From: Escherichia coli O127:H6 str. E2348/69
GTDB lineage: Bacteria; Pseudomonadota; Gammaproteobacteria; Enterobacterales; Enterobacteriaceae
DNA length: 64,000 nucleotides
Assembly (NCBI RefSeq): GCF_000026545.1
Contig: NC_011601.1
Reading direction: 5' to 3' (one strand)
Below, piece by piece: positions 1 through 12,520 of this stretch (positions are counted from its first letter, which is position 1; the number at the start of each line of letters is the position of its first letter). Both the position numbers and the translations under genes were made by a program. Under the pieces are notes generated by a model. The model did no database searches and had not been told where the DNA came from. It saw nothing but the letters and a program-made list of their open reading frames with translations.

Positions 1-559
1 TGATGTAAGAGAGACGGAAACTCCCCAGCGCGACAAAGCCTTGAGCAAAGGTAGAGAAACCACTGTCAAAACCGGAAATTGGCGACGCCCCGACAAAGTC
101 GTAATAGAGCGAGTTAATGCCGTAGACGATAATCATCGTACCGAGCGTGGTAATGAACGGCGTCACGTTGAGATAGGCGATAATCAGGCCGTTGATCAAA
201 CCGATCACCGCACCAATGGCACAGACAATCAGAATAACCAGCGCAATCGGCATCGTCGCCATTTCCGGGAAGACTTTGTTGGCGTTATCCATGGACTGCA
301 ATAACGTCGCTGCTACTACTGCCGCCAGCCCCACCTGGCGACCAGCAGAAAGGTCAGTCCCCTGGGTGACAATTAACCCTGCCACACCAAGCGCGATAAT
401 AATACGCACCGATGACTGGGTGAGAATATTACTTAAGTTCAACAGACTTAAAAATGTTGGGTCCTGGAAAATAATAATCGCCAGCAAAACTAAAAGAACG
501 ACGTAAATACCGCCCTCTTTCAGGTAAGTAAGAAAACTTTTCTTATTTAACGCACTCAT
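1..559 (-). CDS. mglC: Galactose/methyl-galactoside ABC transporter permease MglC (partial, 3' end outside window)
   Basis: Minus-strand frame runs off window start; ATG at 559-557 translates MSALNKKSFLTYLKEGGIYVVLLVLLAIIIFQDPTFLSLLN, matching the MglC N-terminus; sits downstream of mglA as in the mglBAC operon. Confidence 0.85.
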   Translation of the reverse strand, partial: MSALNKKSFLTYLKEGGIYVVLLVLLAIIIFQDPTFLSLLNLSNILTQSSVRIIIALGVAGLIVTQGTDLSAGRQVGLAAVVAATLLQSMDNANKVFPEMATMPIALVILIVCAIGAVIGLINGLIIAYLNVTPFITTLGTMIIVYGINSLYYDFVGASPISGFDSGFSTFAQGFVALGSFRLSYI

Positions 560-574
560 GGGAAGCCCCTAATC

Positions 575-2095
575 TTAAAGGTGCAAAGACGCAAGACGCA
601 GAATTTCGCTTTGCGTTGTTGTTTTTGTATCGACAATTCCGGAAACGAGACCATTGCTCATAACCAGAATACGGTCTGTTATCCCTAACAACTCTGGCAT
701 TTCGGAGGAGATAATAATAATCCCCTTGCCTTTCTTCGCCAGTTCGGCAATTAACTGATAAATCTCAAACTTAGCCCCAACATCAATACCGCGCGTCGGT
801 TCATCGAGCATTAATATTTCTGGTTGCGTTAACAGCCAGCGACCAATAATCACTTTTTGCTGATTACCACCGGAGAGCGAACCAATTTGCGTCCGATGCC
901 CCGGTGTTTTTACCCGCATCGAATCAATCACCCACTGGGTATCGCTTTTCATCCGCGAGTTATCCAGTAAACCAACTTTATTTTTATAGTTGCGGATATT
1001 GGAAATTAACGAGTTAAAGCCAATATCCAGATAGGCATAAATTCCCGTTGAGCGGCGCTCTTCAGTTACCAGTGCAAATCCGTGGTTTATGGCTTCGTTG
1101 GCATTATGGTTATTGATCTTTTTGCCGTGCAACGTAATGGTGCCAGCCGATTTCTCGCGAATACCAAATAACGTCTCAACAATATCGGTACGTTTCGCTC
1201 CCACCAGACCGGCTATACCGAGAATCTCCCCTTTATGCAGATCAAACGAGACATCGCGAATCGACGGCTGGCGCAGCGACGTCAGGTTACGCACTTCCAG
1301 AATCACTTCGCCCGGCTTGTTTTCTTTGTCAGGGAAACGCTGGTTAAGAGAACGCCCAACCATCATGGCGATGATCTTGTCCATCGTCAGCCCTGCCAGC
1401 GGTTCGGTAGCGATCCACTGACCGTCGCGCAATACGGTAACTTCATCACATAACTGGAAGATTTCTTCCATTTTATGCGAGATATAAACAATACCGCAGC
1501 CGCGCTCTTTTAATTTACGAATAATAGTGAACAGATGATTGACCTCTTTTTCGGTTAACGAAGAAGTCGGTTCATCCATAATCACAATTTTCGCGTTATA
1601 GGAAAACGCTTTGGCAATTTCGATCATCTGCATTTGCGAAACAGATAATGTACCGACGCGCGCACGCGGATCGATATCAATATCCAGTTCATCAAAAATC
1701 GCTTTGGTTTCGCGGTACATTTTGTCCTGATCGACAAACATGCCTTTGGTGGGATATCGCCCCAGCCACATGTTGTCCATCACCGAACGTTGTAATACCA
1801 GGTTTAACTCCTGGTGTACCATCGAAATACCATTTTCCAGTGCTTCTTTGGCGGAATGGAAATCGATCTCTTTACCCTGGAATAAAATGGTGCCGGAGTC
1901 TTTTTGATAAATACCAAACAGGCATTTTAATAATGTCGATTTTCCTGCACCGTTTTCCCCCATTAATGCATGGATAGAATGTGGTCGGACTTTTAAATTA
2001 ACGTTATCAAGTGCCTTAACACCAGGAAAAGACTTGTTGATACCGCTCATTTCCAACAAGTATTCCCCGGAAGACGGAGTCGTTGAGCTGACCAT
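575..2095 (-). CDS. mglA: Galactose/methyl-galactoside ABC transporter ATP-binding protein MglA
   Basis: 506-aa ORF with duplicated ABC ATPase motifs (GENGAGKST); length and sequence match MglA. Confidence 0.95.
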   Translation of the reverse strand: MVSSTTPSSGEYLLEMSGINKSFPGVKALDNVNLKVRPHSIHALMGENGAGKSTLLKCLFGIYQKDSGTILFQGKEIDFHSAKEALENGISMVHQELNLVLQRSVMDNMWLGRYPTKGMFVDQDKMYRETKAIFDELDIDIDPRARVGTLSVSQMQMIEIAKAFSYNAKIVIMDEPTSSLTEKEVNHLFTIIRKLKERGCGIVYISHKMEEIFQLCDEVTVLRDGQWIATEPLAGLTMDKIIAMMVGRSLNQRFPDKENKPGEVILEVRNLTSLRQPSIRDVSFDLHKGEILGIAGLVGAKRTDIVETLFGIREKSAGTITLHGKKINNHNANEAINHGFALVTEERRSTGIYAYLDIGFNSLISNIRNYKNKVGLLDNSRMKSDTQWVIDSMRVKTPGHRTQIGSLSGGNQQKVIIGRWLLTQPEILMLDEPTRGIDVGAKFEIYQLIAELAKKGKGIIIISSEMPELLGITDRILVMSNGLVSGIVDTKTTTQSEILRLASLHL

Positions 2096-2155
2096 ATAAT
2101 TTTACCTTGTTGGCCATACAATAAGGGCGCAGTAAACGACTGCGCCCAATCAGTC

Positions 2156-3154
2156 TTATTTCTTGCTGAATTCAGCCAGGTTGTCTTTATCTACGCCAAC
2201 ATAAGGTACGCGGACCACTTTGTTGTCGATTTTCCAGTTGGTGCCATCAGCCGCACCTTTGCCATCGGCCAGGTTTTTCGCCAGATCAAAGGTCGCTTTC
2301 GCCTGGTTGTTAGCATCGTTCAGTACGGTGCCCGCCAGTGCACCGGATTTCACCAGCGCCAGCGCTTCTGGCAGCGCATCGACGCCAAACACCGGAATGC
2401 TGGACTTGTTGTGTGCTTTCAGTGCTTCTACCGCGCCCATTGCCATCGCGTCGTTGTTGGCGATAACCACCTCGATTTTGTTGGCGTTCGGGCCAGACAG
2501 CCAGGCATCCATCTTATCTTTCGCCTGAGCGGTGTCCCACATAGCGGTATCTAACTGTAACTGTTCAGTTTTAATGCCTTTGTCGTTCAATTCTTTAATC
2601 ACGTAAGTGGTACGTGCTTCTGCATCCGGATGCCCCGGCTCACCTTTCAGCAGTACGAATTGAATCTGACCGTCTTTGTTCAGATCCCAACCCTGATTCG
2701 CCGCCCAGTGTTTAGCAATCAAATCGCCCTGAATAATGCCGGACTCTTTGGAGTCAGTGCCAACGTAGTAGGCTTTGTCGTAGCTATCCAGCGCCTTACG
2801 AGACGGTTCTTTGTTGAAGAAAACCACCGGCACGTTTTGCCCACGCGCTTTCTCAATCACCGTACCCGCAGCTGCCGGGTCAACCAGGTTGATTGCCAGT
2901 GCCTTCACCCCTTTCGCCAGCAATACGTCGATCTGATCGTTCTGCTTGGACTGGTCATTCTGAGAATCATTCATCAGCAGCTGAACATCTGGCGCGGCTT
3001 TCGCATCTTGCTCAATAGCCTTGCGCACTACAGACATAAAGTTATCGTCGTACTTATAGATTGTTACACCAATGCGAGTATCAGCAGCGTGTGCAGCGGC
3101 ACCGAATAACATGCTGGCCATCACAGCAGACAGGGTTAACACCTTCTTATTCAT
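2156..3154 (-). CDS. mglB: Periplasmic galactose/glucose-binding protein MglB
   Basis: 332-aa ORF with signal peptide [23 protein letters not shown]; matches MglB. Confidence 0.95.
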   Translation of the reverse strand: MNKKVLTLSAVMASMLFGAAAHAADTRIGVTIYKYDDNFMSVVRKAIEQDAKAAPDVQLLMNDSQNDQSKQNDQIDVLLAKGVKALAINLVDPAAAGTVIEKARGQNVPVVFFNKEPSRKALDSYDKAYYVGTDSKESGIIQGDLIAKHWAANQGWDLNKDGQIQFVLLKGEPGHPDAEARTTYVIKELNDKGIKTEQLQLDTAMWDTAQAKDKMDAWLSGPNANKIEVVIANNDAMAMGAVEALKAHNKSSIPVFGVDALPEALALVKSGALAGTVLNDANNQAKATFDLAKNLADGKGAADGTNWKIDNKVVRVPYVGVDKDNLAEFSKK

Positions 3155-3405
3155 GGTATCTCCGGTTTTTCTTATGCAGGGTAGTGCTTGAGATAAATGC
3201 TCGGCGGGGCAGTAGAGTTAATGAAGTGTTACTGAACGCCGAAGCTCACTTTTTAAAATTCGTTCTTCCATGCCCGGTAACGCTCCAGAAAACGGCTTTA
3301 ATTGTTGTTATGACGCTATTACCTCGGTGAAAGTGATTATTAACTGTTACATACTGGTTACAACGTTAAAACGGTGCAATCATAGCCATCACATTGTTAA
3401 GATAC

Positions 3406-3421
3406 TGTGAAATCACTCACA
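3406..3421. promoter_or_regulatory. CRP-binding site in mglB promoter region
   Basis: tgtgaaatcactcaca fits the CRP consensus TGTGA-N6-TCACA perfectly; upstream of mglB. Confidence 0.5.
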
Positions 3422-3424
3422 GAT

Positions 3425-3438
3425 TGAAAGCGGTTACA
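3425..3438. promoter_or_regulatory. GalR/GalS-type operator (mgl operator)
   Basis: Reverse complement tgtaaccgctttca fits the gal operator pattern; overlaps the galS stop, upstream of mglB. Confidence 0.45.
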
Positions 3439-4474
3439 TCGCCTGATTTGTTGAGTTAGTGATCGCCGCCGCATTCTGGCGTGTTGCGACAGAATGGCGA
3501 CGCACTAACGTCGGCATAAAACAGTGGCTGGCACGAGGATCAATATTGTCTGCTGCCCCCTGCAAGGCCAGTTCGGTAGCTAATTTAGCCATTGAAGCAA
3601 TGGGATAACGCACCGTCGTTAATTGCGGGTCGGTGTAACGGGCGATGGGAATATCATCGAAACCAATGATTGAGAGATGTAACGGAATCGCAATGCCATT
3701 ATCTTTTAATGCTGTCAGTGCGCCAGCGGCCATATTGTCGTTATAAGCAAATACAGCGGTTAGTTGTAGGTTGCGCCCCAGCAGTTCAACCATCGCCGCC
3801 TCACCGCCCGGCATGTCCGGCGTGCCAGTGCCAATCCAGCTTTCCGGCGGAATAATATCCTGCTCTTTCAACGCACTCATCCAGCCTGCTTTACGCATGG
3901 CGTCATCTTCAATGCCGTGGCTGGAAGAAAGATAACCAATACGTTGATGACCGTTATTCAGCAACATGCGCGTCGCCATTCGGGCACCGCTGAGATTATC
4001 CAGGCAAACGCAACGATGGGCGTACCCCGGCACAACGCGGTTGATTAACACCATACCGGGAATGTTATCCATAAATTGTGCCAGTTCATCGTCACTCAAT
4101 GCTTTTGAGTGAACAATCAACGCATTACAACGCTGGCGAATTAACACCTCAATGGCGTGACGCTCTTTTTCCGCTTCATGATAGCTATTGCCGATTAGCA
4201 CGTATTTCTGATGCTGCTGGGCGACCAGATCCACCGCTTTTACCAGCGCGCCGAAAAACGTATCAGAAACGTCCATCACCACCACGCCAATGGTATCGCT
4301 AACCTGAGTTGCCAGCGCCTGGGCATTGGCGTTTGGCCGATAATCCAGCTCACTCACGGCTTTCATTACTGCTTCACGCGTATCGGCACTGACCAGCGTG
4401 CTGTTATTGAGCACCCGGGAAACCGTTGCCACAGAGACGCCAGCCTGACGCGCTACATCACGAATGGTGATCAT
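3434..4474 (-). CDS. galS: Galactose isorepressor GalS (LacI family)
   Basis: ORF 3434-4480 begins [26 protein letters not shown]; trimmed 2 codons to the recalled 346-aa protein starting MITIRDV; HTH plus periplasmic-binding fold. Confidence 0.9.
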   Translation of the reverse strand: MITIRDVARQAGVSVATVSRVLNNSTLVSADTREAVMKAVSELDYRPNANAQALATQVSDTIGVVVMDVSDTFFGALVKAVDLVAQQHQKYVLIGNSYHEAEKERHAIEVLIRQRCNALIVHSKALSDDELAQFMDNIPGMVLINRVVPGYAHRCVCLDNLSGARMATRMLLNNGHQRIGYLSSSHGIEDDAMRKAGWMSALKEQDIIPPESWIGTGTPDMPGGEAAMVELLGRNLQLTAVFAYNDNMAAGALTALKDNGIAIPLHLSIIGFDDIPIARYTDPQLTTVRYPIASMAKLATELALQGAADNIDPRASHCFMPTLVRRHSVATRQNAAAITNSTNQAM

Positions 4475-4570
4475 ATTCACTACCTGTTATGAGATTGCAG
4501 TAAATGACTGCTCGCTGGCGGCTATTTTGTCAGCACTGAATACAGGACTTCGTGAATCGAGTCACAGCAA

Positions 4571-4584
4571 TGGAAACGGTTACA
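4571..4584. promoter_or_regulatory. Candidate gal-type operator upstream of galS
   Basis: tggaaacggttaca fits the GalR/GalS operator half-site pattern, about 95 bp upstream of the galS ATG. Confidence 0.35.
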
Positions 4585-4615
4585 GCCGTTTTGTTAACGA
4601 ATGTGATCCAGATCG

Positions 4616-5773
4616 TTATCTTGATGTTTTAGATATTGTCGGTCCGGCAGCACGCAAAGTTAACTGACGCCAGAGCCATTCCACCGGCCCCTGGCGGAAG
4701 TAACGCAGCCAGATAACAGAGAAGAAGATATTCGCCAGCCATACCGGAATAACAAACGCCAGCAGCTCCAGACGGTCAAACTGCATAAACAAACCGAGGT
4801 GGTAAAAAAGCGTAGTACAAATCAGCGTTTGCAATAGATAGTTGGTCAGTGCCATCCGTCCGACACAGGCGATTGCCAGCACCAGCTTAAAGCGGCTTAA
4901 TTGCGGCCAGAAGCCATAAAACAGCGACGCATAGCCAATCGCCTGAAACGGCGCACTCAGTTCCCGCGGCATCTGAAGTAAGAAGGCGCACCAACGATAC
5001 GCCCAGTCCAGTCGCCATTGCAGGGCGATGACAGGAAGGTTAATGATCATCCCAATCGCCACCAGCACAAAACCAGTACGACGATAGTGACGTAAGCTGA
5101 ACTGCCCTTTCAGCCAGCCACTGCGCATCAATGCGGCACCAATGAGCATCATCCCAGCCAGTTGCCAGCCATACTGTGCGCCCAGTGCCAGTAAACTGTT
5201 GCCAACACCATCGGCACGATTACTGATCGCTTCAACACCACCGTGAAGTTTCCAGTGCTTTTCATACAAAATAGCCGATGCATCAGGTGTCCAGGCGCGG
5301 CTGGTCTGGCTATCGGAAATCAACCCCAATAACAGCAAAACGCCAAGCCCCACCAGATAAAGCATGACGCCGGTATTAAACAGGCTTTTTACCGATGGCG
5401 CATCGCGCACCAGCCGCCAGCAGATTAAGCCCACCAGCCCGTAAGCCAGCAGAATATCGCCGTCCCAGAACAATAAACCGTGAATAAAGCCCAGCAAGAC
5501 TAACAGCGTTAACCGCGACTGGATCCATCGTCTGCCACGGGGCAGCAACATTTGCAGGCCCGCACCAAACAACAGCGCAAAAAGCGTGAGGAATTTCACC
5601 TGGCCGATGAGATCGAGAAATGCCCAGGTCCATGCATCCTGTGGCGTAATAGCGCCGTACCAGGCGGGATTGAGATAAGCCGCCTTTGGTAGCCCAAAGG
5701 CGCTGATGTTTAATAGCAGGATCCCCAGAATGGCGACGCCGCGAACAAAATCGAGCGTGACGTTGCGCTCCAC
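4616..5773 (-). CDS. yeiB: Inner membrane protein YeiB (DUF418 family)
   Basis: Frame 4616-5902 trimmed to a GTG start giving 385 aa (VERNVTLDFVRGVAILGILLLN...), the recalled YeiB length; polytopic membrane protein. Confidence 0.8.
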   Translation of the reverse strand: MERNVTLDFVRGVAILGILLLNISAFGLPKAAYLNPAWYGAITPQDAWTWAFLDLIGQVKFLTLFALLFGAGLQMLLPRGRRWIQSRLTLLVLLGFIHGLLFWDGDILLAYGLVGLICWRLVRDAPSVKSLFNTGVMLYLVGLGVLLLLGLISDSQTSRAWTPDASAILYEKHWKLHGGVEAISNRADGVGNSLLALGAQYGWQLAGMMLIGAALMRSGWLKGQFSLRHYRRTGFVLVAIGMIINLPVIALQWRLDWAYRWCAFLLQMPRELSAPFQAIGYASLFYGFWPQLSRFKLVLAIACVGRMALTNYLLQTLICTTLFYHLGLFMQFDRLELLAFVIPVWLANIFFSVIWLRYFRQGPVEWLWRQLTLRAAGPTISKTSR

Positions 5774-5789
5774 GGTTCCTGCCTTTTTA

Positions 5790-6458
5790 TCAGTTGTGAT
5801 GACGCACAGCGCGCAGAAACTCGTGGCGCGTATTCTGACTGGATTTGAACAATCCACCAAGAGAGGTCGTTGTCGTGGCACTGGTTGCATCGCGGATGCC
5901 ACGCGCCTTCACGCAGTAATGCACCGCGTCGATAGAGACAGCCACATTATTGGTGCCCAGCAGCGTTTGTAGCGCAATGAGAATTTGCTGCGTCAGACGT
6001 TCCTGTACCTGCGGACGCTGGGCAAAGAACTGCACAATACGGTTAATTTTTGACAGACCAATGACCGAATCTTTCGGGATATAGGCCACCGTCGCTTTGC
6101 CATCGATGGTAACAAAATGGTGTTCACAGGTGCTGGTCAGAGTGATATCGCGCACGGTGACCATTTCATCGACCTTCATTTTGTTTTCAATGAGGGTGAT
6201 TTTCGGGAAATTGGCGTAATCCAGACCGGAGAAAATTTCATCGACATACATTTTAGCGATGCGATGCGGCGTTTCCATCAAACTGTCATCAGCCAGGTCG
6301 AGATTCAGCAGCTGCATGATTTCGGTCATATGACCAGCAATAAGGCTTTTGCGCGTTTCGTTATCCATTTCATGCACGGGCGGGCGCAGCGGTGTTTCCA
6401 GTCCTCGCGCAACTAACGCTTCATGAACCAGGGCCGCTTCTTTACTGAGTGATGGCAT
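5790..6458 (-). CDS. folE: GTP cyclohydrolase I
   Basis: 222-aa [27 protein letters not shown]... matches FolE. Confidence 0.95.
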
Positions 6459-6682
6459 TTATGATTTCTCCTGCAGGTGTGACGCCTCCGCCCTGCGTGG
6501 GGGCAAAGTTATTAAGCTGATTTACAGCCTGATTATTGTGCGTGAGGCGGCGCACATAATCCAGTATTCACAGCGATAATTATTGTAATTGCCGCTGCCT
6601 TTCATCAGCAGATGTTAAAACATCGTTATGCAAATACGGAAGTGAAAGTTACTCACAGCACATTGAATAAACGGTATGATGA

Positions 6683-7552
<870 letters not shown>

Positions 7553-7556
7553 AAGT

Positions 7557-7580
7557 CCGCCCGGTTCGCCGGGCATCTTC
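7557..7580. terminator. Candidate bidirectional terminator between convergent yeiG and cirA
   Basis: GC-rich hairpin gcccgg-ttcg-ccgggc with T-rich flanks on both strands. Confidence 0.4.
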
Positions 7581-7583
7581 TCA

Positions 7584-9575
7584 TCAGAAGCGATAATCCA
7601 CTGCCATAAAGTAACGACGTCCGTCTTCGTTATAGCTGTAGTCGTCACGACTGAGATCCTTGTCGCCAAGGTTCAGCACGCCTGCGCGCAGTTTGACGTC
7701 TTTAGTTACCTGCCAGGCCGCACCGGTATTCCAGATGGTATAACCGCCCGGAGTTTTAGCCGTCGCGCTGTCGGCGCGTTTCTGCCCGGTATAGTGACCA
7801 GAAACATAGAATGACCAGTCTTCCAGCGCCAGCGGTTTCCAGTCCAGCGTACCGTTAGCAGTATGGAACGGCAGATCGGATAGCGGTTTGTTTTCGCCGT
7901 TGCTGACATCACGACCATCGTTGTAGGTGTAGTTGATCGACAGTTTCCATTCATCGTTGAACGGAATTTTCAGTTCGGTTTCCACGCCCTGAATACGAGC
8001 TTTGTTAACGTTGTAGTAGCTAAATACCGGTATGCGCCGTCCGTTAGCGCCCGTCTCAAAACCGACAAAGTTTTGGTAGCCCGGTGCAGCGTTGACGTCA
8101 GACGTACGGCTGATGCTGATACGATCTTTCACATCGTTACGGAAAACGGTAACGCTGGATTCAACCCCTTCCAGCCAGCCTTCTTCACCCATGTAGTAAA
8201 GCCCCAGCTCCCAACTTTCGCTGGTTTCTGGTTTCAGATCCGGGCTACCCACAATCTTACATGCGCCACGGCAGGAATTGCTCGTCCAGTCAGGGCTAAG
8301 TTGCAACAGAGAAGGTGCTTTAAATGCCGTCGCCCAGCCCCCTTTCACCGTTACGGTGTCGGTGGCGTTATAAACCAGGTAGGCACGCGGACTCCAGTGT
8401 TCACCGTAGGTTTCGTGATCGTCCATACGCACGCCGGTCGTCAGCGCCAGCGGCTCGAAGATCCGCCATTCATCTTCCACAAACAGCGCGTACTGGCTGG
8501 CAGACGTTTTGGAGCTGGTTCCCCCGGTCAGGTTCACCGCATCGCTAAGTTTGTCGTGACGCCATTCACCGCCAACCGTGAGAAACTGATTAATCGCCGT
8601 CAGCGGCAACGTGTATTTGCCGTCGACCGTATTGCTTTCGGAAGTTATCGGGCTGCTGTTGCCAGGGTTTTTGTTCTCGATTTTCTCACCGTAGTATTTC
8701 AGTTCGCTGGTGCCGTAATCCCAACGCCCATTATGGCTGACGGAGTAGTTCTGGCGTTCCAGGCGGTTTTTGTCCAGCGAGTCGGAATCACGATCCTGAC
8801 GGTCGAAACCGTATCCGGCAGTAAAATCGTGATTTTGATTCGGTGTCCAGGCAAATTCGACATTGCCGTCGCGGCTGGAGAATCCTTCAATACGCGGCGT
8901 TTCTCCGGTATCGGTGGTTGTTGAGTTTTGCGGGTCATCCTTTTCACGTTTTGCCAGGCTGCCGTAAGCTTTCATTCCCAGCACGCCGTCAATTAATGGT
9001 CCGCTGGTAAAGAATTGACCGTTATAGGTATCACCGCGATCGCGATGTTCCTGAACGGTGGTATCGACGGTAACGGTGCCCGACCATTTCTGACCGATTT
9101 TTTTGGTGATGATATTCACTACACCGCCGAGCGCATCGGAACCGTACAGCGACGACATCGGGCCACGGACCACTTCAATACGTTCGATGGAATCGACAGG
9201 GATCCAGTTCAGATCGAAATCATTGTGGCGGAAGACGGCATTGCGGGAGTTAACGCGTTTACCGTCGACAAGAATCAGGGTGTAGCTGCTGTCCAGACCA
9301 CGAATACTTACGCCCTTACGGTTATCCCCTTCGTTCGTCAGTTGTACGCCAGGCACTTCTTTGAGGACATCCTCCAGATTCTGTACCGGTTTTCGCTGCA
9401 GGTCTTCCTGGGTAATGACGCTGATACTGGCGGGAGCATCTTTAAGGTTTTGTTCAACGGAAGATGCAGTGACAACCATCGTTTCGCCATCATCATCGAC
9501 CGCTAACACAGGCCATGCACAAGAAATAGCGGACAAACACAGCCCGACCCGTACGAAAGGGTTCAACCTAAACAT
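7584..9575 (-). CDS. cirA: Catecholate siderophore / colicin I outer-membrane receptor CirA (TonB-dependent)
   Basis: Longest ORF is 728 aa; trimmed to [25 protein letters not shown] (663 aa) matching the CirA precursor; C-terminal ...YRF. Confidence 0.93.
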   Translation of the reverse strand: MFRLNPFVRVGLCLSAISCAWPVLAVDDDGETMVVTASSVEQNLKDAPASISVITQEDLQRKPVQNLEDVLKEVPGVQLTNEGDNRKGVSIRGLDSSYTLILVDGKRVNSRNAVFRHNDFDLNWIPVDSIERIEVVRGPMSSLYGSDALGGVVNIITKKIGQKWSGTVTVDTTVQEHRDRGDTYNGQFFTSGPLIDGVLGMKAYGSLAKREKDDPQNSTTTDTGETPRIEGFSSRDGNVEFAWTPNQNHDFTAGYGFDRQDRDSDSLDKNRLERQNYSVSHNGRWDYGTSELKYYGEKIENKNPGNSSPITSESNTVDGKYTLPLTAINQFLTVGGEWRHDKLSDAVNLTGGTSSKTSASQYALFVEDEWRIFEPLALTTGVRMDDHETYGEHWSPRAYLVYNATDTVTVKGGWATAFKAPSLLQLSPDWTSNSCRGACKIVGSPDLKPETSESWELGLYYMGEEGWLEGVESSVTVFRNDVKDRISISRTSDVNAAPGYQNFVGFETGANGRRIPVFSYYNVNKARIQGVETELKIPFNDEWKLSINYTYNDGRDVSNGENKPLSDLPFHTANGTLDWKPLALEDWSFYVSGHYTGQKRADSATAKTPGGYTIWNTGAAWQVTKDVKLRAGVLNLGDKDLSRDDYSYNEDGRRYFMAVDYRF

Positions 9576-9742
9576 TCCATATCTCCATGAGGTAACTACG
9601 AAAATAAAATGGGTATCGCTCACATCTTCTTTACGTCCCCTTGCGTACGGCAGCATCGCGGTGGACTTATTTGTATGCAGGTGATCATCCCAGAAAGCCG
9701 GAACAGCCTCTGATTTGTCAGCCTTTTTTGATTGCGGCGTAA

Positions 9743-9770
9743 CGATAATGCAAACGATAACAATTATCAA
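9743..9770. promoter_or_regulatory. Fur box in cirA promoter
   Basis: Minus-strand gataattgttatcgtttgcattatcg contains GATAATTGTTATC, a close match to the Fur consensus GATAATGATAATCATTATC; upstream of cirA. Confidence 0.55.
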
Positions 9771-9821
9771 TCCAAATGTTAAATTTTATATCAGCATGAT
9801 TTGTCAGGGAAATGGAATTGA

Positions 9822-9850
9822 AAAAGCCCTCTCGGTTGAGAGGGCTTAGC
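9822..9850 (-). terminator. Rho-independent terminator of lysP
   Basis: Minus-strand hairpin GCCCTCTC-aacc-GAGAGGGC followed by TTTTT, immediately 3' of the lysP stop. Confidence 0.6.
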
Positions 9851-9866
9851 AAGGAAGCGAGGAAAC

Positions 9867-11336
9867 TTATTTCTTATCGTTCTGCGGGAACTTCATTTCG
9901 CTGTAGCGTACGAAGTGAGTTCCTTTAATCAGCTTGTAGCCGAACCAAATAATCAGGAACAGCGGGATACCAATATACGTTGCCGCTACGCCGCCCCAGT
10001 CAATGGTATCTTTCAGGAACGCTTCGTAGTTCTGGCCCAAAGTGATAATCAGACACAGAATGAATGCGAAGATCGGCCCCAGTGGGAAGAAACCTGAACG
10101 GTACGGCAGATCGTTAATGTCGTGTCCCTGCAATACGTAACCGCGACGGAAGCGATAGTGGCTAATGGCAATCCCCAGCCAGGCGATAAAACCCGTCATC
10201 CCGGAGGTGTTCAGCAGCCACAGGTATACCGTCTGGTTGCCAAACATGGAGGTCAGGAAGCACAAACCGGCAATCACCGTCGTCGCATACAGCGCATTAC
10301 GCGGCACGCCACCACGCGACAGTTTAGCGAAAATGCGCGGCGCTTTACCGTCACACGCCAGGGTATACAGCATACGAGTAGACGCATACATACCGGAGTT
10401 ACCTGCTGACAGCACTGCCGTCAGAATAACTGCGTTCATCACCGCCGCCGCAGAGAGCAGACCCGCGTGCTGGAACACCAGGGTGAACGGACTGACGCTG
10501 ATGTCTTTAACATCGTTACGCAGCAGGCTCGGATCGGTATACGGAATAATCAGGCTGATAATCAGGATCGCGAACACATAGAACAACAGGATTCGCCAGA
10601 ATACCTGACGTACCGCGCGTGGAATGTTTTTCGCCGGATCTTCGGACTCGCCTGCAGCAATACCGATCAGCTCGGTTCCCTGGAAAGAGAAGCCGACAAT
10701 CATAGCTACGCCGATCATCGCCGCAAAACCACCAGCAAACGGCGCTTCGCCGATTGTCCAGTTGCTCCAGCCTGCAGGCTGCGCGCCTTTGAAGATACCG
10801 ATAATCATCAGCACGCCAACGATGATAAAGACAATAACTGTCGTGACTTTGATCAGTGAGAACCAGTATTCCGCTTCACCAAAGCCGCGAACAGAGATGT
10901 AGTTCAACAGGAAGATAACGCCGAGGAACAACGCACTCCAGATCCAGCCCGGTGTATCCGGGAACCACCAGCTCATGACCAGCTGTGCTGCAACCAGGTC
11001 AACGGCAATAGTCACCGCCCAGTTGTACCAGTAGTTCCAGCCCAGCGCGAAGCCAAAGCCTTCTTCAACATAGTTCTGACCGTAAGTGGCAAACGAACCG
11101 GAAACCGGCATATATGCAGCCAGTTCACCGAGACTGGTCATCAGGAAGTAAACCATCAGGCCAATCAGCATATACGAGAGCAATGCCCCGCCCGGACCTG
11201 CCTGAGAAATCGTTGCGCCAGAGGCAACAAAAAGACCTGTACCGATGGAACCGCCAATGGCAATCATCGTCAGGTGACGCGCCTTCAATTCACGGCGTAA
11301 GCCCGGCGCTTCTGTAGTTTTAGTTTCGGAACCCAT
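9867..11336 (-). CDS. lysP: Lysine-specific permease LysP (APC family)
   Basis: 489-aa ORF ...GLRRELKARHLTMIAIGGSIGTGLFVASG... matches LysP. Confidence 0.95.
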   Translation of the reverse strand: MGSETKTTEAPGLRRELKARHLTMIAIGGSIGTGLFVASGATISQAGPGGALLSYMLIGLMVYFLMTSLGELAAYMPVSGSFATYGQNYVEEGFGFALGWNYWYNWAVTIAVDLVAAQLVMSWWFPDTPGWIWSALFLGVIFLLNYISVRGFGEAEYWFSLIKVTTVIVFIIVGVLMIIGIFKGAQPAGWSNWTIGEAPFAGGFAAMIGVAMIVGFSFQGTELIGIAAGESEDPAKNIPRAVRQVFWRILLFYVFAILIISLIIPYTDPSLLRNDVKDISVSPFTLVFQHAGLLSAAAVMNAVILTAVLSAGNSGMYASTRMLYTLACDGKAPRIFAKLSRGGVPRNALYATTVIAGLCFLTSMFGNQTVYLWLLNTSGMTGFIAWLGIAISHYRFRRGYVLQGHDINDLPYRSGFFPLGPIFAFILCLIITLGQNYEAFLKDTIDWGGVAATYIGIPLFLIIWFGYKLIKGTHFVRYSEMKFPQNDKK

Positions 11337-11540
11337 ACAAAAATGCTATCCATCTTAAAAATGAGGCGCGATTGTAGCAGACGATTGGCAATCCTTCCGG
11401 CAGAAATACACGGTTATAAGACACCTTCATGATCGCCCAGGGATTATAAGTAAAGCAGCCAATCTCTTTTCTGGCGAATGCATGCTGAGGGCGCTGCGTC
11501 ACGAAATCGACACAGCACCAGCATGTTCTTGTACAGCACC

Positions 11541-12422
11541 TTAACGCGGTACATTCGCGGGATCGCAATAGTCCAGAAAGCGCCGTAGCGCGTTGGAAAG
11601 GTGTTTTTGCCGATGATGTATACGCCACAACGTACGCATCAGGCGCGGCAGAGGGACTGCAACTTCACTTAATGTGCCTGCCTGCAATTGATCTTCAATC
11701 ACCCGTCGCGACAGGCAACTAATTCCCAACCCATGACGCACCGCATGTTTGATTGCCTCGGAGTTACCTAATTCCATCGCCATCTCAAACTTCGGTAAAT
11801 GTGACAGCAACAGATAATCGACAATCTCCCGCGTGCCGGAACCGCGTTCACGCAGGATCCACGGCGCAGCGGCCAGCTGTTCTAAGGTGACCGGACCACG
11901 AGCCAACGGCGAAGTCGGCGCGGCGAAAACCACCAGCTCGTCTTCCAGCCACGGTTCAGAAATGATTTCAGTGCTGTGGCACGGTCCTTCAATAAAGCCA
12001 ATATCAACGCGGAAATCCAGCACCGCTTGCATCACGTCCTGGCTATTCCCAACGCTAAGTTCAATCGGCAACTGCGGATAATCATGGCGATAACGGGCGA
12101 TAACTGCAGGCAGAATGTAGTTACCGATGGTACTACTGGCATAGATACGAATCGCGCCGTTGTCTTCGCGAAACAGTTGTTCGATTTCAACCGCCTGTTC
12201 AAGCAGTGCCAACGCTCGCGGATAGAGCAGCCGCCCGTGTTCATTAACAACCAGTCTTTTCCCCACGCGATCAAACAGTTGAACGCCAAGCTGCCCTTCC
12301 AGGTCGGTCAAGGCTGCGCTCACTGCTGATTGCGACAACGCCAGCATCACCGACGCCTGGGTGGTTGATCCACTTTTCAATACTTCTGCAAAAACTTCCA
12401 ACTGCCGGAGGGTGATGTGCAT
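11541..12422 (-). CDS. yeiE: LysR-family transcriptional regulator YeiE
   Basis: 293-aa ORF with N-terminal LysR HTH ([35 protein letters not shown]); divergent from yeiH. Confidence 0.9.
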
Positions 12423-12520
12423 AGTCGCTTACCACTTATAAAGATTAATTATAAATATATAATCAATTTTATTTTTAAACCAGTTAGTCGTAACCTTATG
12501 CCCGGTTAAAGGAGAGGGTT

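Noticed and set aside
41-506. Two + strand ORFs (87 and 104 aa) at the window start
   Set aside because: Both are antisense to the mglC coding sequence, which is clearly identified on the minus strand.
8073-8924. 283-aa + strand ORF antisense to cirA; likewise 23507-24217 (236 aa, antisense to fruA), 53233-53982 (249 aa, antisense to ccmF), 27968-28600 (210 aa, antisense to yeiP), 12761-13363 (200 aa, antisense to yeiH) and 61990-62556 (188 aa, antisense to napA)
   Set aside because: Each lies wholly inside a confidently identified gene on the opposite strand; the translations are low-complexity and Arg/Ala/Pro/Ser-rich as expected for shadow frames of GC-rich coding DNA; no start context or recognisable domains.
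9576-9770. In-frame N-terminal extensions in longest-ORF calls (cirA 728 vs 663 aa; also yeiB, psuK, rsuA, yeiW, yeiP, rplY, yejF, lpxT, narP, napB, ccmC, yeiL)
   Set aside because: The extensions lack signal-peptide or domain logic and the trimmed starts reproduce the recalled protein lengths; for cirA the extension would read through its own Fur box and promoter. Treated as untranslated leader or upstream sequence.
11320-11628. 102-aa minus-strand ORF spanning the lysP-yeiE intergenic region
   Set aside because: It would overlap the lysP start and the yeiE 3' end; Cys/Arg-rich low-complexity translation; more likely lysP promoter DNA.
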